A stretch of 33,313 bases of DNA from a virus: IMG/VR virus record IMGVR_UViG_3300015201_000002; one strand, written 5' to 3'. Shown one piece after another: positions 16,072-22,985 of this stretch. The translations under genes were made by a program, and so were the position numbers. Numbering within the stretch: the first letter of the stretch is position 1; each line of letters begins with the position of its first letter. The notes under the pieces are model-generated. The model had not been told where the DNA came from. It searched no databases and saw nothing but the letters and a program-made list of their open reading frames with translations.

Positions 16072-17091
16072 ATGAAGACTTGTAGTAAATGTAAGCAACT
16101 TAAAAATCTATCTGAGTTCTATAAGTTAGCTCAAAGTAGAGATGGACACAGACCAGATTGCAGGCTTTGTGTAAAGGTTAGAGTTGTTAAGCCTTTCGTT
16201 CCTGATGGACATAAGCGCTGTACTAAATGTGAAGAAGTAAAAGTAATCACAGATTTTCACAAACATAAAAGTAGTTCTGATGGTTATTTTTCACGTTGTA
16301 AGCTTTGTAGGGTAACTAGAAAGCCTGAGACATATGTAAGAACTATTACTAAAGATAAGGCTTCCTGTAGTCGATGTAGAGAAATGAAGCCCTTTGATCA
16401 ATTTCATAAACTAAAAGGTAGAGCTGTTGAAATAGTCGCTAATTGTAAATCTTGTGTAGCAATTAAAGGAAAGATTGAGGCTACAAAGATTACTATTCAA
16501 ATCCCTACTGAGCCTCAATACTGTAATGGTTGTGGTCAATTCAAAGATTTTAGTAAATTCCACAAAAGCTCTCGTCGTAAAACAGGTATTACTACACTCT
16601 GTAAAATTTGTAGGAATGAAAGAAATGTCAAAGCAGGTAACCGAGGTATTCCTGATGATAGTGAATTGCATGGGGAAGTCGTAGGTTATAACAGAGGGTG
16701 TAGATGTCCTCTCTGCATTACGGCTCATAGTATTTATCAAAAGAATGTAAGAGCAAATTATTCACCAGAGCGTAAACGTAGATACTATGAGGCTTCAAAA
16801 CCTAGTTTATCTGCTTCAGGTGCAAGACGAAGAATGCGCACACTAACAGCTATGACTCCGCTAGATATTAAAAAGAGTAAAGCGCACAGGCGAAGAATTA
16901 AAAACAATCCTTGCTATTACTGTGGAATTAAGATTGATAATATGCATGTAGAGCATGTCTATCCTTTAGTTCGTGGAGGAACAGACCATTGGTGGAACTT
17001 AGTGATGAGTTGTCAACCTTGTAACAATGAAAAATACATGAAGACCGGGAAAGAATATGAACAATTCCGTAAGGTTTTATATTTTAATTAA
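16072..17091 (+). CDS. HNH endonuclease with four N-terminal zinc-ribbon repeats (339 aa)
   Basis: The C-terminal sequence CYYCGIKIDNMHVEHVYPLVRGGTDHWWNLVMSCQPCNNEK is a classical HNH core. The GYNRGCRCPLC motif is present. There are four tandem C-x2-C...K...F.K...C-x2-C units. GAAGGAG precedes the ATG. Confidence 0.9.
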   Translation: MKTCSKCKQLKNLSEFYKLAQSRDGHRPDCRLCVKVRVVKPFVPDGHKRCTKCEEVKVITDFHKHKSSSDGYFSRCKLCRVTRKPETYVRTITKDKASCSRCREMKPFDQFHKLKGRAVEIVANCKSCVAIKGKIEATKITIQIPTEPQYCNGCGQFKDFSKFHKSSRRKTGITTLCKICRNERNVKAGNRGIPDDSELHGEVVGYNRGCRCPLCITAHSIYQKNVRANYSPERKRRYYEASKPSLSASGARRRMRTLTAMTPLDIKKSKAHRRRIKNNPCYYCGIKIDNMHVEHVYPLVRGGTDHWWNLVMSCQPCNNEKYMKTGKEYEQFRKVLYFN

Positions 17092-17113
17092 ATAGTTTTA
17101 TGAAAAGCATGTA

Positions 17114-17206
17114 AATTGCCTCTTTCATGACGATAATACCTTTGAGCGTAAAAAGAATTAAGCCCTCTTTGCTCATAACCCAACCGTCGTCATGAAAGAG
17201 GCAATT
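17114..17206 (+). promoter_or_regulatory. 20-bp perfect inverted repeat whose right arm contains the ribosome-binding site of gene 17211
   Basis: AATTGCCTCTTTCATGACGA (17114..17133) is the exact reverse complement of TCGTCATGAAAGAGGCAATT (17187..17206). The spacer is 53 nt. The right arm ends 4 nt before ATG 17211 and contains GAAAGAGG. Confidence 0.6.
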
Positions 17207-17210
17207 AGCT

Positions 17211-17858
17211 ATGAACGAGAATGAAATTGATCTTGAGACTGCTCAGCTTATGACTAAGCTTTACCTTGGTGATAATGTTGATGAACTTACTAATAAAGAA
17301 ATTAACCAAAGAATTGAAGAACTTGCCAAGATCAAAGAGGCTATGCAGCCGAAGGTTGTATTTAGAGACAATCCAGAGCCTAAACCAAAACCTTTTTATC
17401 CTGGGCATGTGCGAAAGAACGCATCTAATTATGAAAGAACAGGTAAGAGAGATCAGACTGTATCAATTGCTGCAAGATGGATTGGAGATAGACCAGGGAT
17501 GCTATCAGAAGGTATAGCTCATCTGGATGCTGACCTCGAACAAGTGTGCAAAGAGAACTGCTGGAAGGTGTATGCCTATCTTGAAGCGAGCGCAGATCCT
17601 TCAAAGAAAGCATTCATTACGAGAGGTAAGTCAGAGGATACTAAGCATACTAGTTGGGCTATTAGATTGATCCATCATCCTCATGATATCAATTTAGAAA
17701 AGCCGATTAAATCTATTCACATTTGGGAGAATGGACGTAAATTAGTTGGCACAGCAGAAAACATTACATGGGAGCAGTTTCACGCTATGATGGAGAAGCT
17801 GCACCTACTACATAAGGACAGGAATGGTTGTGTAAAGCGCCCATTCTTCAAAGACTGA
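17211..17858 (+). CDS. Hypothetical protein (215 aa)
   Basis: The ORF has phage-typical codon use and GAAAGAGG upstream. No motif was recognised. Confidence 0.7.
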   Translation: MNENEIDLETAQLMTKLYLGDNVDELTNKEINQRIEELAKIKEAMQPKVVFRDNPEPKPKPFYPGHVRKNASNYERTGKRDQTVSIAARWIGDRPGMLSEGIAHLDADLEQVCKENCWKVYAYLEASADPSKKAFITRGKSEDTKHTSWAIRLIHHPHDINLEKPIKSIHIWENGRKLVGTAENITWEQFHAMMEKLHLLHKDRNGCVKRPFFKD

Positions 17859-17876
17859 TGAAAAGGATATAGGAAA

Positions 17877-18047
17877 ATGACGTCAGTATTAGATAAAGAG
17901 TTTACAGTAATGGACCCAGTTCCAGGTCAGTGCCTTAAAGAGTGTAAGCAGACTTGGAATCAACTTACTAGCGCAGACAAGTGGAGGCTAGGAGAAATTC
18001 TAGGTTTTGATGTTGTCTTACGACTTGAAAGAATGAATGCAAGATAG
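17877..18047 (+). CDS. Hypothetical small protein (56 aa), below the ORF-track cutoff
   Basis: ATG 17877 follows AAAGGATATAGGAAA. It reads MTSVLDKEFTVMDPVPGQCLKECKQTWNQL... to TAG 18045..18047, and a strong terminator follows directly. Confidence 0.45.
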   Translation: MTSVLDKEFTVMDPVPGQCLKECKQTWNQLTSADKWRLGEILGFDVVLRLERMNAR

Positions 18048-18057
18048 TTAAGAAATA

Positions 18058-18104
18058 AAGATACCCCGTGATTCTGGCAAAACTCCAGGTCACGGGGTAT
18101 CTTT
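18058..18104 (+). terminator. Strong stem-loop terminator
   Basis: AAAGATACCCCGTGA (18058..18072) pairs with TCACGGGGTATCTTT (18090..18104), giving a 15-bp perfect stem, followed by an AT-rich tract. Confidence 0.8.
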
Positions 18105-18215
18105 ATATGCAGTATCAAAATCTTATAAAAATAATTTCTCAAAAAGCCTAGTTTCTGCTGTCCAACGACCGTTACTTCTAATAGGTAAGAAAACAACAAA
18201 AAGGAGCCAGCTAAA

Positions 18216-18476
18216 ATGGACGAATATACTTTTAAGCGCCTATCTAAGGTTACTGTTCGCTACATCCTTAGTGAGGATGATTTCCTAGAGCAGTTTGGAG
18301 ATAGGAAGGCTAGGGAATTTTATAAGGTTCCTACTGACGGAGGAATTATTTACTTCGATCCCGTAACAGCAGAACAGTTTACAGTACTTTGGAATTCAGC
18401 TCAAACAAAAGCAAGGATTGCCGAATTCTTAGAACGAAAGAAAGCCCTTGGATCTAATCGAATTGTTCGTAAGTGA
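18216..18476 (+). CDS. Hypothetical protein (86 aa)
   Basis: AAAAGGAGCCAGCTAAA precedes the ATG. It is the first gene after the terminator at 18058..18104. Confidence 0.65.
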   Translation: MDEYTFKRLSKVTVRYILSEDDFLEQFGDRKAREFYKVPTDGGIIYFDPVTAEQFTVLWNSAQTKARIAEFLERKKALGSNRIVRK

Positions 18477-18484
18477 AAGAGAGA

Positions 18485-18667
18485 ATGAAAATGACTAATT
18501 CAGAACAGCTTGAGCAGTATAGCAAGAAACTAGTAGAAGCTAGTGCCAGGTATACAGATCAGAAAATTAGGCTAGATGTTGTAGCTCAAAGAATCGAGAA
18601 GATTCGAGGACAACTAGATAGTATAATTTCAGAACTGGCAACATATAAAAGTAATGATCTAGCTTAG
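18485..18667 (+). CDS. Hypothetical coiled-coil protein (about 60 aa)
   Basis: The ORF is open from GTG 18473, which overlaps the upstream stop. ATG 18485 or 18491 is more likely, after AAAGAGAGA. The start is uncertain. Confidence 0.5.
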   Translation: MKMTNSEQLEQYSKKLVEASARYTDQKIRLDVVAQRIEKIRGQLDSIISELATYKSNDLA

Positions 18668-18699
18668 CCTCACTAAGTTTGACTAAAAGGAGATAGGAA

Positions 18700-19608
18700 A
18701 TGAAAGACAAAGAAGAGAAAGAAAAGATTATTGATATTGCAATTGCCATCCTTTTCGGTATTGCAGTAATTGTAGCTCTAATTATGTCATGGTTCTCTAT
18801 GACAGACTTGGCAATTAACACATTCGGACTACCAGAACTACTAGCTTGGATCATTTCCCTAGCATTTGATATTGGAGCTATCTTCCTGGCTCTGATTACT
18901 GTATCAGCAGCCTTGAAGGGTGAGAACGCAACAATGGCTAAGCTAGCAACCCTAGCATTCATTGGAACTTCTCTTTACATCAATGTAGTACACGCTGATG
19001 TAAGTGGGTACGGAACAGTCGGAATGATTATGTTCGGTGCTGCTCCTGCAATCGTATTCATCGCTTTTGAAGTTTACCTACGTCATATGCTTAAGCGAGA
19101 GCTAAGAGTACAGGGGTTGATTCCTGATAGAATGCCTAAGGTTGGTGCATTAACTTGGGTACGTCACCCTAAGCCAGCATTCAGCCTAGCCAGTAAGGCA
19201 TTGATGCTAAGGCTAGTTAAGGAAGATGTCATTCTAAACAGTAAGAATGAAAGCTATGAAAATCGTGAAGCAATTAATGTAGGACCAGCTACCGTAGCAA
19301 AGCCTGAGAAGCCTTCTAAGAATAAAATTGAGAGTACTAAGCAGATTCCTCAGCTTGCTCCTGCAATGCTCTCAGAAACAGTCTCAGAGCCTCTAGCAAC
19401 ACCTGTAGTTGAGGCGAAGGAAGAGTTTAAGTTTGGATTCCAGGCTACTCCCACTTTTACAGCTACAAAGCCTAGGGGAATGGCAATTGAAGCATACAAG
19501 CAGGGATTTGAAGATCATAATCAGATTGCAGAATGGATCAGTAAGGAATTAGGACAGCCTGTTAATCCTTCAAGTGTTCAGAAGTACAAGAGTGAAGCTA
19601 AGAAGTAA
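18700..19608 (+). CDS. Polytopic membrane protein with a C-terminal helix-turn-helix-like tail (302 aa)
   Basis: AAAGGAGATAGGAA precedes the ATG. There are four hydrophobic helices in the first 130 aa. The C-terminus GMAIEAYKQGFEDHNQIAEWISKELGQPVNPSSVQKY resembles an HTH. The architecture recalls actinobacterial DUF2637-type proteins, but this is from memory and was not searched. Confidence 0.65.
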   Translation: MKDKEEKEKIIDIAIAILFGIAVIVALIMSWFSMTDLAINTFGLPELLAWIISLAFDIGAIFLALITVSAALKGENATMAKLATLAFIGTSLYINVVHADVSGYGTVGMIMFGAAPAIVFIAFEVYLRHMLKRELRVQGLIPDRMPKVGALTWVRHPKPAFSLASKALMLRLVKEDVILNSKNESYENREAINVGPATVAKPEKPSKNKIESTKQIPQLAPAMLSETVSEPLATPVVEAKEEFKFGFQATPTFTATKPRGMAIEAYKQGFEDHNQIAEWISKELGQPVNPSSVQKYKSEAKK

Positions 19609-19623
19609 CTAAATCGGGAGGCA

Positions 19624-20064
19624 ATGCCAATAAGTCCTCTCGTACCCTCCATTATCACAGATAGGACTAAGAAAATGATTCACAGAGCAGAGAGCGAGAA
19701 AGTATTAAAGATTCATACAGCATTCTATAACATGATTGATCTTGGAATGTATGGCTGCAAGTTAGTAATCTGCTGGGTAAGGCATCCAATTTTAAGTTGG
19801 AATCTCTACTACGGCAAGCAACAGTCAGTTCCTTTAGCAAAGCACCCCTACATTCATATTAAGATCCTTAGCAACAAGCATCATACAGTAGCAGTTAAGC
19901 ACTCACAATTTCCTAAAGATGTTTATGTTACTGAGATTTACCCTCATAAGCAGGATGAGGCAGAAAAAGAAATCGTAAGCTTCTTTAAGGTTCTTAAGGA
20001 AATCGAAAGTAGAAAGAACCCTGAAACTCCAAGAGGTACTACTTATAGAAGCAGGAACAACTAA
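19624..20064 (+). CDS. Hypothetical protein (146 aa)
   Basis: GGGAGGCA precedes the ATG. No motif was recognised. Confidence 0.65.
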   Translation: MPISPLVPSIITDRTKKMIHRAESEKVLKIHTAFYNMIDLGMYGCKLVICWVRHPILSWNLYYGKQQSVPLAKHPYIHIKILSNKHHTVAVKHSQFPKDVYVTEIYPHKQDEAEKEIVSFFKVLKEIESRKNPETPRGTTYRSRNN

Positions 20065-20167
20065 ATAAAAAGAGAGAAGAAATTCTCTCCAAGGGGCTAG
20101 CAGGTAGCGAACTTATGACGTTCAAATCGTCATAGCTCCACTCAGTAATAAAGGACAAGGTAAAGGA

Positions 20168-20941
20168 ATGGTTATGACAGATTCAAAAGTTAACAATAGC
20201 TGGGCTGACCCTTACAGTACAGATTATCGATCTGACATTACTCAGCTTATTGAAAATGTGGCTACCAGTAAAACAACCCTCGCTAAGAATGTATGGCATA
20301 TAAATGTAGAAAGGGAGGATTTGATAAGTGAGCTATATTGCTATCTGCTCAGTAAGCCTAGTCTAATTGAGGATGGAAAAGTTCCCTCAAAGATTTTGCA
20401 TAATAGAGCTAGCAATTTCTGCTTTAAACAGCGCCTTGATAAAGGCGCTGCTATTGTAGGTACAGATACTCTACATGATATGCTTCTAGAATTTAATAAA
20501 CTTCCTACATACATTCTTGATGTTCTTTATGGTCCTGTATTTGCTAAGGCTGGTAAGCCTGTAGGTACTTACCTTGAAATTATCGAGCAGGAATACAAGT
20601 ACAAAAACAAGGTTGTAGGAGCTAGCAATAGGAAAACCCTAGCAAGAGCAGTAGCGAGACTAGCAGAGGTGATTTCAGGTATTATGGTAGGTACACCAGA
20701 TAGCTTTAATTCGTTAACCTATGCTGCTAATGTACCTAGTTATGAAATGCAGGATAATAGTGATGACTCCTTAGATTCTACTTTTGCTCCCTTTACAGCA
20801 ATTTACACATGCACTAATAATCATTCCTACAGAATCAACACAGGAGCTAAGCCTGACACTACAAGAATTGGGCAGAATCATCTACTAGGATATTACAAAT
20901 GTAAATGTGGAGAAGTCTTAGAGTTGGACAGCAGAAACTAA
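20168..20941 (+). CDS. Hypothetical protein (257 aa); possible ECF-sigma-like transcription factor with a C-terminal zinc ribbon
   Basis: EDLISELYCYLL....KILHNRASNFCFKQR loosely fits sigma region 2 (eDl.Qe....l.....ia.N...d..R). LPTYILDVL....NRKTLARAVARLAEV loosely fits region 4. The C-terminus has C-x...H and CKCG. The start could be 20168 or 20174. The sigma assignment is weak. Confidence 0.55.
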   Translation: MVMTDSKVNNSWADPYSTDYRSDITQLIENVATSKTTLAKNVWHINVEREDLISELYCYLLSKPSLIEDGKVPSKILHNRASNFCFKQRLDKGAAIVGTDTLHDMLLEFNKLPTYILDVLYGPVFAKAGKPVGTYLEIIEQEYKYKNKVVGASNRKTLARAVARLAEVISGIMVGTPDSFNSLTYAANVPSYEMQDNSDDSLDSTFAPFTAIYTCTNNHSYRINTGAKPDTTRIGQNHLLGYYKCKCGEVLELDSRN

Positions 20942-21004
20942 GTGTGATAGTGAGGGATCACAGGTAAATCCTACTTTGCGAGAGTATGAAGATACAGAGT
21001 AGGT

Positions 21005-21084
21005 ATACTAAGGTAGGTAGTATGAGAGTTTAACTCCGTTGGGTTTTTCCTAGTCCTCCCAATGTTTACTACCTACCTTAGTAT
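21005..21084. repeat. 18-bp perfect inverted repeat (ATACTAAGGTAGGTAGTA / TACTACCTACCTTAGTAT) upstream of gene 21146
   Basis: The left arm is 21005..21022 and the right arm is 21067..21084, separated by a 44-nt spacer. The arms resemble the arms of the capsid-gene hairpin at 29059..29116 (AGGTAGGTACTAGG). Confidence 0.6.
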
Positions 21085-21145
21085 TTCTCACATTTAAAGC
21101 TTGAAGCAATACCGCTTCAGAAATTAGATAGATAGGTAGATTAAA

Positions 21146-21628
21146 ATGAAGCTAGTAAAAGCACTTAACGGTGATTGGGTAAATGTAGCTCAGGCATCCT
21201 CATTTAACGTAGCAGACTTTGGTAATCGTGTAGTTGTCTATGCTCGTGTAGGAAACGTTAGCTATGAAATATTTTCTGCTGGATGGCAAGAAGGACTTAG
21301 TGCTAAAGCTAGTGTTATAGCTGCTGAAAGCTTCCTAGACGAACTATTTAATAGGTTAGATGATGTTCTGAACGTTCCTGATAATGGGCTTAAATCAGTA
21401 TTTCTAAAATTAGATTTTGATAAGCCTAAAACAGTAGAGCTTATCAAGATGATGAATAACCTAGAAACTGCTCTAGGAAAAGAAGCTTTCGATGAGCTTA
21501 AAGAAATTGCTGATGAAAAGAAGGATTTGCATGGAGTTAGGGAAGTAACTGCGCATATTGCACCAGTTATGAAGAGTACTAAGCCTGTAAAACGCACTAC
21601 TCGTAAGAAGGCTGATCCTGATGCCTGA
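21146..21628 (+). CDS. Hypothetical protein (160 aa)
   Basis: The ORF has phage codon use and a Lys-rich C-terminus. The weak purine-rich leader is GATAGATAGGTAGATTAAA. Confidence 0.7.
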   Translation: MKLVKALNGDWVNVAQASSFNVADFGNRVVVYARVGNVSYEIFSAGWQEGLSAKASVIAAESFLDELFNRLDDVLNVPDNGLKSVFLKLDFDKPKTVELIKMMNNLETALGKEAFDELKEIADEKKDLHGVREVTAHIAPVMKSTKPVKRTTRKKADPDA

Positions 21629-21803
21629 GGTTGTAGAGATTACTGATTACGATGTTCATGCTGTTATTCCAGCAAAGTCACTACCAGCAGCAATCGAGGC
21701 TATCAGTCATGTTGAAGGCGTTGTTTTCTCAGTTAAAAAGCATGAAGGTAAAGGACAGACACCTACTTGCAGAACAACTACGAGAGGATCAACTAATGTA
21801 TGA
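21621..21803 (+). CDS. Hypothetical small protein (60 aa)
   Basis: The ATG overlaps the upstream stop (ATGCCTGA), consistent with coupled translation. Confidence 0.5.
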   Translation: MPEVVEITDYDVHAVIPAKSLPAAIEAISHVEGVVFSVKKHEGKGQTPTCRTTTRGSTNV

Positions 21804-21996
21804 AGATGTCTTTATTGCTGTTAATGCTCTAGTTCCAGCCTATACAGATAACCTACTTATTGAATTCAAGAAGGCTGGAATCAGTGATGAGCTTAATAGG
21901 TCTCATTTAATCCTCTACGCTTTAAGTATAGTTAATGAGATGGTTGAAACTAAAAGATTTGAAGATATCACTAAGGGGTTCAGTTCAGAGCAATAG
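21796..21996 (+). CDS. Hypothetical small protein (66 aa)
   Basis: This is an internal ATG of track ORF 21652..21996. GAGAGGATCAACTA precedes it, and it overlaps the stop of 21621..21803 (ATGTATGA). The longer 21652 start would overlap the previous gene out of frame for 150 nt. Confidence 0.55.
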   Translation: MYEDVFIAVNALVPAYTDNLLIEFKKAGISDELNRSHLILYALSIVNEMVETKRFEDITKGFSSEQ

Positions 21997-22023
21997 TTTT
22001 CTGACTAACAACATTATCCCTAG
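21997..22023 (+). repeat. 27-bp motif copy 6 (TTTTCTGACTAACAACATTATCCCTAG)
   Basis: It starts on the base after stop codon TAG 21994..21996 and lies 27 nt before ATG 22050. Confidence 0.95.
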
Positions 22024-22049
22024 AATGAACAGAAAGAAGGTAAGGTATT

Positions 22050-22292
22050 ATGTCAGAATTCATAAACACAGTAAAGCCGAATGAGCTAGTAAACCTTGAT
22101 GCTGTAGAGGCAGTATTTATTAAGAATCCTCCTACAGTCGATATGAGTAAACTAGGTAGAACTAAAGATGAGATTGATGCGAATGTGGCTAGAATTGCTA
22201 AATCATTTAGAGTAGTAGCAAGAGGAACATCAACGTACATTTTATTTGAAGGAACTCTAGAGCAGTGTAAGGATTATCTAGATACAATCTAA
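22050..22292 (+). CDS. Hypothetical protein (80 aa)
   Basis: GAAGGTAAGGTATT precedes the ATG. A small hairpin CCCTGA-TGTA-TCAGGG (22302..22317) follows the gene. Confidence 0.65.
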   Translation: MSEFINTVKPNELVNLDAVEAVFIKNPPTVDMSKLGRTKDEIDANVARIAKSFRVVARGTSTYILFEGTLEQCKDYLDTI

Positions 22293-22321
22293 AGTAATAA
22301 GCCCTGATGTATCAGGGTGTT

Positions 22322-22396
22322 GCTGATGTAGTCCAATTGGTAGGAGACAAGAGCTTTAAACCCTCTACAGTGCCAGTTCGAATCTGGTCATCAGCA
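22322..22396 (+). tRNA. tRNA (75 nt, no encoded CCA). The best fold gives anticodon UAA, which reads UUA/UUG Leu codons, but with a short variable arm.
   Basis: The acceptor stem GCTGATG/CATCAGC has 7 bp, and the discriminator is A. The T arm is GCCAG-TTCGAAT-CTGGT. The D arm is GTC(C)...(A)GAC with GG in the loop. The anticodon stem AGAGC/CCTCT has 4 bp plus a C-C mismatch. The loop is TTTAAAC, with TAA at 22357..22359. Confidence 0.8.
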
Positions 22397-22558
22397 CTTA
22401 AGCAAGTACTAATTATCTTATTAGATATCTCCTTTCGGATTATATTTGTGAGTTTGGTTGCCTCAGTACTTGCTTATTAAATATAAAGCCCTAGCACATA
22501 AGATGTATCTCGTCATAGAGAACTAGGGCACTTAATAAAACATAAGGAGGTGAACAAT

Positions 22559-22972
22559 ATGGCAGAAGCATATGACCCAGAACGAGCAGATAGAAATGCA
22601 GCTATTATCCAGGATAGGATTAATGGTCTGACATATAGGCAGCTTGCTGCTAAATATAATCTTTCACCTGCTGCTGTTCATGGAATTGTTAGAGGCTATA
22701 CAGATAATGCTATCAAGCCTGCTGCTGAGGAATTAGTACAGCTTGAAATTGATAGGCATGAAAGATTGCTTAATGCTCTTGAGCCTAAGATTGAAGCAGG
22801 AGACGTTAAGGCTATCGAGGCAGCAGTTAAAGTCTCTATGTCTTACAGAAAGCTCATTGGTGTAGATGCAGCTACTAAGGTAAACGTTGAGCATACAGCT
22901 ACAGCAGCAGTGACAGAGCTTCAGGAGAGGCTAAATAAAGCCCTTCAGAGCCACGTAGACGAGACAGAATAA
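22559..22972 (+). CDS. terS: Terminase small subunit (137 aa)
   Basis: AAGGAGGTGAACAAT precedes ATG 22559. N-terminal HTH (LTYRQLAAKYNLSPAAVHGIV), then a coiled-coil oligomerisation-like region. It lies immediately upstream of terL. Confidence 0.7.
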   Translation: MAEAYDPERADRNAAIIQDRINGLTYRQLAAKYNLSPAAVHGIVRGYTDNAIKPAAEELVQLEIDRHERLLNALEPKIEAGDVKAIEAAVKVSMSYRKLIGVDAATKVNVEHTATAAVTELQERLNKALQSHVDETE

Positions 22973-22985
22973 AGGATTGGTAGAG

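Noticed and set aside
18140-18190. Possible eleventh, degenerate motif copy (CCTAGTTTCTGCTGTCCAACGACCGTTACTTCTAATAGG); a similar weak match is TTTTCAGACTTTTATCG near 14115
   Set aside because: Only about 10 of the first 16 core positions match, and the invariant 17-mer is broken. I could not distinguish this from chance by eye.
21652-21996. Track ORF 21652..21996 as a single 114-aa gene
   Set aside because: Its first 48 codons overlap 21621..21803 in another frame and look non-protein-like (Gln/Ser/Leu runs). The internal ATG 21796 has an RBS and a coupled ATGTATGA overlap, so I annotated two small genes instead.
22322-22480. The tRNA plus adjacent inverted repeat as an attP / integration module
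   Set aside because: No tyrosine or serine recombinase, excisionase or transposase-like ORF is present anywhere in the closed genome.
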